From positions 1,352,055 to 1,416,054 of the forward strand of contig NW_018407403.1 of assembly GCF_002113885.1 (NCBI RefSeq): a stretch of 64,000 nt of DNA, written 5' to 3'. The position numbers were made by a program, and so were the translations under genes. Shown in pieces: positions 26,193 to 38,200 of the stretch. Under the pieces are notes generated by a model. That model saw only the letters and a list, made by a program, of their open reading frames with translations, did no database searches and was not told where the DNA came from. This stretch comes from Mizuhopecten yessoensis (lineage: Eukaryota). The stretch's first letter is position 1. Every line of letters starts with the position of its first letter.

Positions 26193-26452
26193 GATATTAC
26201 TTTATACCTATAAACAGAGTACATTATCAGCACGTTTTACTGTGTAGCGACAAATGACAGATATTACTTTATACCTATAAACAGAGTACATTATCAGCAC
26301 GTTTTACTGTGTAGCGACAAATGACAGATATTACTTTATACCTATAAACAGAGTACATTATCAGCACGTTTTACTGTGTAGCGACAAATGACAGATATTA
26401 CTTTATACCTATAAACAAAGTACATTATCAGCACGTTTTACTGTGAAGTGAC
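26193..26452. repeat. 67-bp tandem repeat, ~4 near-perfect copies
   Basis: Unit GATATTACTTTATACCTATAAACAGAGTACATTATCAGCACGTTTTACTGTGTAGCGACAAATGACA starting at 26193, 26260, 26327 and 26394. Confidence 0.92.
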
Positions 26453-28786
26453 ATACGAATGACGGTATATTAGGTTCGTCTCTTAAATAACAAACGATGG
26501 TTAATATGACGATATTTTTTTGTATAGTGACAAAAAATCAGAGAGAAAATAATGTCTAAATTACAAAGCAAGAAGACATTCTAGGTTGAGTTCGGTAATT
26601 TAATAAAGATTAATAAAGGTTTAGGGAAACACTGATTTAGAAGGCAATCGGATGTTTTATTTGACGTATCATCATCTATAAAGATGTTTAAAGGATGTTT
26701 TTTTGTTGGATTATATACATATTTGTTCCTGTCACATCACACGACGAGTAACAGTTGTATTACAACTCAGGTGACCGTTAAGGCCCACGGGCTTCTTGCC
26801 TGTCTAATTCCTATAATGAATTTAACTAATTGCAAAACGTAAAGCTCCGAGCAATACTTATTAGAGAGTGAATTCCATTAGTCAAATGTATTTTATTAAG
26901 TCATTTTTGATTTCAAAACTTAACTATTTTTGATACACCCACCAAACATTTATTACCAATCAAAATTATTTGTTGGTTGATTTCTCGTGGAATGGTAAAT
27001 CTCATTAAAAAACGTCACAATTAAAAACTATTATGGAGGGGAAGAGGTGAAAGATAATTGATGTATAAGTTCCTTTATATTCTGTTGGGTAAGACGAAAA
27101 GTTTATTCAACAGGTAAACACAATAGTTGGCTTGCAAAGCATGGGATATACTTAACGACTCTGCATTTATAAGGTTTAATAGAAATACAAATCATTTTAA
27201 AAACTCCTCTTAGGTATTTCAAGGACATCCAGGTAAAGGTTTATTTTTATCGAAACAAGTTTGAAAGAGGCGTGTTTACATTGAATGACTCACAATTCAC
27301 ATAATTTGATTTTTTTCACGTTACGAGTTCCGACATGATTTTTCAATTAATACAAAATTTTTGAAATATCACGGACTGGTATCTGCTTTCAAACGTCTTG
27401 AAAACCCCCCATTATTTTCTGGTAGAAAGCCTTTGCAGCCTATTATTCCACTCCTTTTTGATATTATATCTTTTATATCATAAAGAGGTTCTAAAAATTT
27501 CTATAACTGTATTATTTGCTCTCTTGTCACTGCCTACTAAGACAGAGAATGAAACCACTGGTTAGATACTGATAAGACAAACGAAAACAAATATTTAAAT
27601 AATCTTTTACATTTTAAATTTAAAATATGATGTAACAATGGTTCCATGTTAGAATTATACAACAAATTTTGGTAACAAACACTTTTATTTTAAAAATCAA
27701 AGTGTGTTTATGACGTATTGGCACGGTTCGGAATTGAAATTAACCAGCAATCCTCTAACTTTCGAAATCAATACGGCATGCGGTTTGACGTACATCCCAT
27801 TCTATTTCAACAGTTGTTTTGATCAGTTTCGATTTTGGTCCCTAGCATCACTGATGTGTCGCAGAAGGCAGACACAGCTGTAGGATGCACTGTTCATTTT
27901 TGCATGCTGTATCTATTACAAAATTTTGTTGGATATGTGCTACGTTCATCTTACGTTTGTGCATGTACATCATAATTGTTTGATAACTTCAAGACGATTC
28001 CCCGATATTCTTTTATGGATAAATTATACAATGTAATATTTCAATTAGTTTACGACGAGGTCATTTCCAAACACCATGTTGTACAAGGAAATAGTTAATA
28101 CCTATAGTGAGGTTGTAAAAACAAAAATATGAAGGCTGAATAACGATTTGGTTGCATTCATGGTCGAATCAAGGTAATTCTCAAAATTCCAAGGGTTACG
28201 CGTTTTTACGTTCTTTGCACTCTTGGAAACATCCTCGAAAATTCCTGGGGCTACGCTTTCTTAAGTTCTCTACATCCCTGGTTATGACGTAATCATCGAA
28301 TGTTCTGTAATCGCCAACTTTTAGATTTTACAAGTAGACTGTTTGATCATGTGATGTTCATCAAAAGAATCGTGCGATAGCATATCGGTAAAATTTATCA
28401 GGTATCGTTACTGTGTTATCTTGAAAGGACAGAGCAATTGGTGAGAACTTTTCATAACTGAAACCAATCAAACAGTTAGCTCTGTACATTCATTTTGTCA
28501 TCACATGCATATGTATTTTAGGCATGCAGAGAACTTAAGTGAGCGTAGCGCCTGGAATTTCCAGGAAGGACGAAGAAGAGTGAGCCTCAAGCACATTATA
28601 TATGAACTGCTTCACAATAATTTGACAGTTATTTTGCGCGAGTTATTTAATCACGAAAGCAACCAAATCTATATTCGATTATGTAGTCTCATATGATTCA
28701 CAGATAGAAGTATGAGGCAAATCACTGCGTGACACACAGACATGGATGTAACAAGTATTATATTGTGTTAGTTGCAGCCTTACAAG

Positions 28787-29210
28787 ATGGCCGCCGTTAT
28801 AGTTACAGACGATATCATGCGGTATACTGTGGAGATTGGTGACGTCACCAGAATTGAGGACTGGGTTTATGCTAAGGTAGACCTTTCTAAATGGAGAGAC
28901 ATATCCGGCAACAACTTTTACCATCTCTGCGTCTTGTGCGGGAAGCCATCTGTACTTGAAAAGATTGACCAGACTTTCCCACAGTATCGTTGTCTTGTTA
29001 AACAAGAGAACGGGAATGGAATGACTCCGTTGCTGATGTGTTGCAAATCTGGGCCCTACATCGACTCGGCAACAACGCTGGCTACCATTGATCTCCTGCT
29101 GCGATTAGACGGGCAACCGACGATGCAAACATTCAGCAAATGTATATCAGTTGCCAAGGAACACAACGACATTCGTGTATATTTACGATGGAGGAAGGGA
29201 AGCCCATCCG
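28787..29210 (+). CDS. ROCO gene exon: ankyrin-repeat-like N-terminus
   Basis: DISGNNFYHLCVLCGK and ENGNGMTPLLMCCKSG resemble degenerate ANK G-TPLH motifs; donor G|GTAATT. Confidence 0.65.
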
Positions 29211-32200
29211 GTAATTTTGGTTAAAGCTCCATATCGGTATTGATGTTCACTCATTATAATTATAATTATAAAGTCGAGGTTCCTATATATTGCTTTATCA
29301 CAACCAATACCGTTGATCGTCTCAAGGTAGTTCACAAATTATTATCCGGGGTTCTGGGGCCTTTGCAATTAGCCAATATATTTCTCAACTCCCTGGGGAG
29401 CATACATTTAGGCGTTCAAAGCTATCATTCAACAATTCCAGCACTGCCCAACCACGTACTCATTTGAACAAGAAGATAACACGATCGATATATTTCTTTC
29501 CTGTTGCAGGACTACCCAATTTCATCAAAAAGGAAAATAATGATATCATATTGAAATACATCAACGTTGTGGAGACGGTGGACAAAGGCAAGACAAAACG
29601 CTACCAGAAGTGCATGCTAGAACGGCAAGGAGTGTTTGAGCACATCAGGATATTTTACGTTGGACCAGAAGGAGTAGGCAAGTCTACTCTATGCAGACGT
29701 ATGACAAATCGTTCTACTCAGAATATCAGAAGTACCGATCTGATGGATTCATCAATGAACCGCCTCGCCGTCAATTTAAGAACTTGCCAACGGCGGGAAA
29801 TACATGAAGATACGGCGTACCAGTTATCGATAGAAAAGATCAGGAAGGAAATTCACCATTCCGATCAGAAATTGCACCCTCCAGGTGAGTCATTGTACAA
29901 TGGAGCAGTATTTAATTTCTTCATTCAAAGATAGAACGTTTAATTACAATTGACGCGGATAAAATAGATGATCTCTGTACAAACATGCAAACTAGCCAAA
30001 AAGGACATTTTATTAAATGAGGACATATGTTCAAACACAAACGGAAATAACCTTCAAGCTTTTATTAGAACGAATATGACTAATTTTTATAACGTGCCAT
30101 TTTTAAGTTTTTAGGCACTCTGCAGATGCATACTATCTTATGTGATCAAGAACATTATTTTCTTCAGGAAATGATACTTTAATACAGCATTATTATATAT
30201 GAAGATGGAACCTCAAGCTTATCTGACACATTCTCAGATATATGTGGTGTGTTGAATAAGGAAAGTGAATTAAATTGTCTTTATGTAAATCATGTTACTT
30301 TCATTACCCTATTTTATCATGATAAGGTTGAACATGTTTGTTTCAAAGATAAGGATGTACCATTTTCATGTTCAAATCTCGTTTTGATTTTTTTGTGACA
30401 GTTTTTTAGGTCACCTGAGCTTTGCTCAAGTGACCTATTCTAATTGCTTTCCGTCTGTCGTCGTCCGTCGTCCGTCGTGCGTCGTGCGTCGTCTGTCGTG
30501 CGTCGTGCGTAAACTTTTTACATTTTCAACTTCTTCTCAAGAACCAGTGGATGGATTTTTTTCATACTTGGTCAGATTCATCCTTGGTAGATGAGGCTAC
30601 AAATTTGTAAAATTGGGATTCCAAAGGGAAAATTAACCAATATTTCGAAAATCTTCTTCTCCAGACTCAGAGGTACTACAGTCATTTTCTCTACATGGAA
30701 AGAAAGATCATCAGGGGCTTTACCTAAATTGTAAATTTCAGGAAACCTCAGCCATCCGTTCTACCTTGGGGAGGGGGTAAAGTTTACTATAGTTTATATA
30801 AGGAAATAACACTTTTGGGTATATTTTGACAACTTTTTGTAGGAAATTATTTTTACTTGTTGAGAATTATCCTTGGAGGAAGATGGTTTCAAATTGTAAA
30901 ATTGAGATTCCTACCCCAACCCCTGGGGCAAGGGCGGGGCCCCAAAGGGAAAATTAACCAATATTTCAAAAATCTTCTTCTCCAGACTCAGAGGTACTAC
31001 AGTCATTTTCTCTGCATGGAAAGAAAGATCATCAGGGGCTTTACTTAAATTGTAAATTTCAGGACCCCCCTTACCCCCAGCTATTCGTTCTCCTTTGGGG
31101 AGGGGGGTAAAGTTTACTATAGTTTATATATGAAATTTTTTTCTCCTCCAGACTCCAGTTCTACATTCATTTTCTCTGCATGGAAAGAAAATCATCAGGG
31201 GCTTCTCTTTAAATCGTAAATTTCAGGACCCCCGAGCTATCCGTTCTCCCTTGGGAAGGGGGTAAAGTTTACTATAGTTTATATAGGGAAATAACACTTT
31301 TGGGTATATATATTTTATCTATTTTCAGCAGAAAATTACTCAAACTTAGTCAGAATCATCTTTGGTGAATGAGAGTATTATTTTGTAAAATTTGGATTCC
31401 TGCCCCATCCCCAGGGACTAGGGCGGGGCCCCGAAGGGAACATTTACCAATATTTTCAAATTTTTATCCTTTGATGACATTATATTTCACTTAGTTTACA
31501 TGCTGATTTCCACATCACATCTAAACAATAAAATAAAGCTACCAGTACCTATGATATAACTCAGGTGACCGCTAAGGCCCTTGGGCCTCTTGTTTTATAA
31601 AGTTAACAAAATATGATAAATTTCAAAAGCAAACATGCAACAGAAAAATGTATAAAAAACTAGATACCTATTGTTTGCATGTCTATTGTTTTTAAGTTTT
31701 AAAACATCACCAATTCGGCAGATTTTTAAATATTCCAAACAATACCAACATGGTTGCACTCTATTCCATCTTAAATGATTTTTAACATAATATTTATCGC
31801 TAGAAATGCCATTTTATTGCCACTTTTAACAGTATTACGTTGATGTTTTGCTGTGCTTTGAGCTTTAAAATGTTCAATACTATAAACCTAACATACAACT
31901 TTAGCGGAAACCTTTTTGATTTTTGATCACACAAAAGTTAACAAATAACACAAACAATAATATGTCAATAAGTGCACTGACCCATATTTTGTTCCTGGTT
32001 CAGGAAGAGAAACATATTTTCGATTGATCAACTGAATATTAAATAAGCAGCACTTTTTACATTAATCGTCAAAAATGCAAATTACGGTGAAAAAATATAT
32101 TTAAATAATAAGAGGTAGCGGTAACCTATATTGCCTTTCTGAGATAAGAGTATGAGCTAAAGTCATTTTACTCCCGTAATTTAGAAGAAAATACTTTTTT

Positions 32201-35200
32201 CATAAATTGTGCAAAGGGCCGGTTTCCAAAACGGCCGCTTCTCTGATTCGAATTTCCTGTTGGTGGTGCATTGCCCATGCCGTAGTGGTCACGAATCTAT
32301 AAAGTATAAAGATTTAGGTCACTTGGTTTGTTTTTTATGGCTCCTCAAAGTTGTACCTTTCAGAAGCTGTCTAAGTGTTGATAAAATGTGCATGTTATGT
32401 AAAATATTAATGAAAATCTAATCAAATGATGGTCACCGTAAAGAATACATTCATGGCATGATTGTGACAAAAAATCATGTTTCCATCGCGCCATTTGGCT
32501 GTTTTATGGAAGAAACAATCTCAAAAATGCCATTTTCGATGATAACATTTTAGACACAAAAACTGTGTTTTTTAGAGAATACACCCTTTTATGGGCGTTG
32601 GATGCAAACCAATTTTTATCCTATTAAACAGTACGTAATATGCTATTGATGAGAGGAAAAATCATCAAAATGTAAGTGGTGGAACATTTTCAAATGTTGG
32701 GTTGAATTAGCCTATGGTTGAATTGCCGATTTTCGACTTTCTTTAGATAATTAACAAAAAAACGAGAGTATTTGCTCGGTATGTTGAGAATATGTACACA
32801 GATATGAAAAAAAGTGAGAGAAACACTTTTTCATAAAAAAAATCCAAGATGGCTACTTCACAAGTCCCCGTGGTTGAAGACATTGGCTGACAAATAGACA
32901 GAACAACAAACAAAACGTGTTCCTTATGATTTTGGTTGGTTTTCGCATTTACGGGAGTGTTCATAGCTACGGGCGATTGTATAATACCTATATTTATAAG
33001 TTTGGTTAGTCACATGGTAACGGGGATCTTTCATATCGAGCCCCAAACATACTTTCGACATATGCACTCCGTTGCCGCATGGAAAACTATTTCAAGTTTT
33101 GTCGGAATTTCTTTACCTGTGGTTGTAATGGTCGAGGGTTTTCCAGCGTCCTGTAATACCCAAGGTAGTACAAGATACTGGAGATGTGCGCACACATTCC
33201 CATCGTTCTCTCTCCAACTGGGCACTGGCAGTAGTAGTCCTTTATTGGGGCCTCAACATCGGGTGAAACGGTGAACCGTATCCAAACGTTATATTTCGTT
33301 TGGCTTTTGTGTCGAGAATGTATTTGACATCGGAGAAGGTCTGGGGAGTGCTGGTAAAGCCACACCTCATAGTCTCCGTCATCACTTAAATGTTCGGCGA
33401 TGTAACCAGGAGCCAGAGATATCTGATACGTTCCACACGTAATGGTTCTCAAGTAATCAAGATCGAGACGGGGAAACAGTACGGAAGATGCATCCATCTT
33501 GACAAACTCGGACCTTGCCCGTCTAGATAGATCCGGATCTGTCTTGACTCTCTGAGCTAAACCATTCGGTGTTGTCAAACGGTCCTTCATACGTTCAGCC
33601 ATTAGCCTATCTTTGGCATCTCTCTCTGGAGATCTCTGGTAGATCGGTCCTCTAATACCATTCAGACAGGCTGTGACGGTTCGAAGCAAAGCCTCGATGA
33701 CATTGATAAAGCTGTTAGACACCAATTGCGTTCGGAAGAACGTCCAGTGTTTCAGACGACCATGATAGGATTCCACAATCCACCTCGATTTGGTGATAGT
33801 TCTGTCAAGATTTGCTTGGACGTCAGAATGTTGACTTTGACCGGGTTTCAGGTATGACGGCATGCTAGCATTGAGGCCAGAGGCTTCGAGAACTGGTAGG
33901 ACATCTCTAAAACCTCGGTCAACGACAACGTTGTCGTCTGGTTGTAGCCAAGTAACTAGCTTGTCCATGACTTTTTTTGTAATTGTAGCATCATTTTCGC
34001 TGCCAGTGAATGGTCCTACTGTGTCCAGAATGTAGCCATCTGGTAAGGCGATGCTCATGAATTTGAGATAGTTTCTCTTCTTCTGGCCACAGTAGGACAT
34101 TCTCTGGAGCTTGTGGTCGGAGCTTTTCTGGATATAAATATAGGTGCCATCTAATATGGCAGTGGCTTTATCTCCAAAAAATGCTTCTGAAAAGACAGTA
34201 TTGTGCCCGAGCAACTGTTCTCTTGTCAAGTGATCCGGACCTAGAAATTGTGGGACTATCGATGTGTCTAATGCCTGTACTATGGAGTGGAAAGTTTTGG
34301 ACACACTTGACTTGGAAATTCCAAAAAGAGAAGAACACTGACTCCAGGAAATGTCGGTTTTCAGAGATCTCTGGTAGATCGGTTCTCTCATACCATTTAG
34401 ACAGGTATATATACCAGATGAAAGATATGGGGAACAGAGCGAGTGGATTTCGAGGAACTGATCTTTGGACCAACCTGTCCAGGCCATGCATGCCGAGTCA
34501 TCAAGAGAAGAAAAGCTTATTGTAAACGCAGACTGGTTCTGTGAAAGGACGTGCGACACCTCTAGGAGGTCATTAATGATTTCGGACGATTTTGATGGTA
34601 ACTGAGATTCCAAGGAACCTCTACCATCAAGGACAACCTCTGTAGACGGATCTAAGTCGTTACCAATAAGGTGAATGGAGCAGACGCGGGATGAGGTGGG
34701 ACACCACAGTTTGTGTGAATAGATCAGGTGATGTCTTGCACGTTTTGGTAAGACTGATGATTTTGTTCCATTTCTTGCAAAGGTAACAAGACAGAGACAG
34801 CATTTTTTGTGTGAAGATGATCCATTCAAAAGATCATGAAGGGTCAGCAACGGCAGGATATGGGACGGGGAGTCGTCTTCTTCCTCTATTTCCTGGTTCT
34901 GCTCGGGTTCAGGTTCAGGCTGATTTTTGTTCCGAAGATACTTCATGTAGCACTTCTGGCAAATAAGTGCTTGTTCCTTTGCTGACATCAATCCTTGTTG
35001 CACCAGCGTATCTAGGAGCCATTTATATTGTGGACTATTTACATTGCGTGCACTTCTGTTCTTATTGCCACTACGTTTCTTGAAGTATACTTGACACCCT
35101 TCTCCAACACATTTACCCTCCATCTTGAAACAATAACGATTGGTTTATGAAGCGTCGATAAAGTAACAAAATAGCAAGCCACCGATGATTGCTGTAAACA

Positions 35201-38200
35201 GCTAATACTTAGTAGTTTGGTACAATTATGCGAAAATGTGTGATAAATAACGAACAACTAATTACACAAAATAACAAGACAATATAATAAATCACATTCA
35301 ATACCTCCAAGAAGCGCAGAATTGATTGATTACTTAGAACAAAATAAAGTATTTCATATGGATAATCTATCTATTCGATGTGGCGTGGTCGGCAGGCACA
35401 AAGAAAGTGAGACAAGTCAGGGTCCCAACCCTGACAGAGCCACAACGCTTTGGAGATGGGACAATAAAACAAGGAAAGTGAGACAAGAATAGCTAGCGTC
35501 GAGTCAATGATTCCGTAAACGTATAGACAAAGACAAGAAGATACGGATAAATGTACAAGGCCACACGATCAGAAAATTCAGAAGAGGACAACTTGAGATA
35601 GAACAGTATTCATGTATCAGGGTGTCCTCAGTGTAAATCTTTATATCGATACTGTTTATTTAGTCGTTACACATCATAAAACTGTCATGAAAATATCCGC
35701 TCTGATATTCAATATAAAAGTTTGTATATAATAAGCTATATAATAGGGTTTCAGACAAGGTTGTTACTCATTTCCCCTTTTCTTTCAATTTACAACCACA
35801 TTCAGGCGGCGATATGAGAACGTTCCACCACATGGAATTAGCTGATTTTTGGTACACATATGAAACAAGTAAAGCTCTATCCGATTTTCTGATGGAAATT
35901 TGCATCCAAAACTATATAACGGGAGAAAATTGCAATTTTATGGCATTTTTCTTCATAATTGTGTCTCTGCAAGTGCATTTTCATCCGAGAATTTTTTTTT
36001 ATGTTTTATGAATAAACACGATGTTTTGGAAATATTTATCAAAAGAAATTTATACTATGTTGCGAATTACAATTTCGAGATAACCTTCTTTTATTTACGA
36101 ACTTATGTCTTTGATGCTGAAATTGACAACTTTATAAAAATACATTTTCACTGAAATTATGAAATCTGGGTGTCGGAAAGGTGTAGAATTATTCTTCGGA
36201 AAAGAAAAAAACAGTAGTTGAGCTAGATAAGAAATTATACGGGGGCAGGCTCCTATGGATAATTAACATTACTGGAAACAGGCCCTTTTCTTTTAACTTA
36301 GTTTGTTCTGCATACATACGGCCAAAACAAAATGTTTTGCTCAAACTCTGGAGTAATATTTCGCCTTTTTGCATTAAGTAGGTGTGACCTCACCAACCAC
36401 ATCAAAACCTCCAACAAGACCAAACGACGGTGAACGATTGGACACGTTGTCAAATGAAGGTGAGATCCACTTCTGTTATTTTATATTACTTTGTGACATA
36501 CATCACCTTTATAAATTATTTCTAAAATTCGAAACCTGCAGTATACTATATTAACATTTGAGAACCAACCAGATTGTGGTTGGTTTATATCATAATGAAC
36601 GCAAATGCTGTCAAGTGAAATGGAAATATGTCATGCATATTATTTTGGTATTTGATATGTATGATCACTTTATGAACCAACCAATCTGGTTGGTTGATAT
36701 AATCTTAAACATTTTAAAATTAAGTGTTGGAAGCAGGGCTGTTATTGTCAAGAAAGGGAAAGGTCAGGATCATAAAAACGAAATCGTTACACTTTTCGTT
36801 CAGGGTTATTCATAAGCCGTTCCATTTGGTCATGCTACTAGTACAGCTCGAGGCTGATGAGGAACTGTTTGTAATAAGTTTATGAAGAACGGTTTGTAAT
36901 ACGTTTATGAAGAACTATTTATAATAAGTTTATGAAGAACTGTTTATAATAAGTTTATGAAGAACTGTTTGTAATAAGTTTATGAAGAACTGTTTGTAAT
37001 AAGTTTATGAAGGGATTTCTTGGTATTCATTAGCAATGCATTATTGGTATATTCGAAAGTGAAATTGAAGGACGTGGCAATCTTACATGTCTGTCCATAT
37101 GCTATCTTAATAGATTTAGCTTCACAATCGGATCAAATAAAACCACATGTAGACAACGGTGACCAACAGAACTGCTTTCTCAATGGCAGTTCTTGGGATC
37201 GTTGTTTTGTCATTTCCACTCTTTTACTGACTCTAAACATCGCCACTCGAGTCACATAGCTAAAGCTTGATGAGGACGGCAGACTAGAATATATCATACT
37301 TGTCCACAGCATGTTAAAAGTATTGCCTAAGAGATATAACCCCGCTGATGTTCAACTTTTAAAGTATTATTCTAATTTTTATCTAATTTTTATGATGACT
37401 TTCAAAGGGCTAGTAGGAGCAATCTTATTATTGTTCTAAAACACTCAGACTACCGGTGATGTGGTATTTTTTAATTTTTTTTTATCCAGGAGCTCATTCA
37501 AATGACCGCGTAATGTCAGACAATCTATCTTGTTTCGAGTTTTTTGTTCAATATCATTCATTTTTCCTTATGATTTTCCGTATCAATGTGTTTTTCGATA
37601 GTGAAAGAAAATGATGTTCCAAAGCACACATTAGATCGCCAAAAATCGTCCTTCAAATTCCCTCTTGGTAGTTATGGGCAACAGAGTGAGCGAGAGAAAA
37701 AATTGATTTACAATGCTGCCGAAATCAACTTTGCCGGAGATTTGCAGAAATCGACAGACGAAGAGGCGTACATTTCGCTGTGGGATTTTGCAGGAGAAGA
37801 GGTAAATAATGTCGGCATCAGTTCCGCGCTATCACAAGGAGACAAACACGAACATATTGCAGCCTCCCAAAACACACGCATACACTACACGCATGCATCT
37901 TTCACCATAGCTGTTGAGAGGACGTTAAACAATACTAAACCATACCAAACCAAAGGTAAATAATGTAAGCATAAACCAATGATTCACGAAAGGACCAAGA
38001 AAGATATAACAAAGTTACAAACACATGAGACGTAACCGGATTGGCAACGAAATAATTGTAAAACATTAAGGTAATAGGATTGTGTAACCATTTCTCAATA
38101 CAATGTCTTCAATTTTTTTTAGTTATATTGCTTGGAAGTAAAGAAAAAAAATCTGCCACAAACAAATATGGGTTGTCTGAATTTTAAGGATTTTAAATGG

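Noticed and set aside
30168-30246. Additional ROCO cassette exon
   Set aside because: Good acceptor, but 79 nt long with an in-frame TGA in phase 1; at best a decayed exon, so left out of the model.
36853-36870. Hammerhead core CTGATGAG (also CTGATGTG at ~27851)
   Set aside because: No stem II plus GAAA partner; the first runs into a 25-bp tandem repeat.
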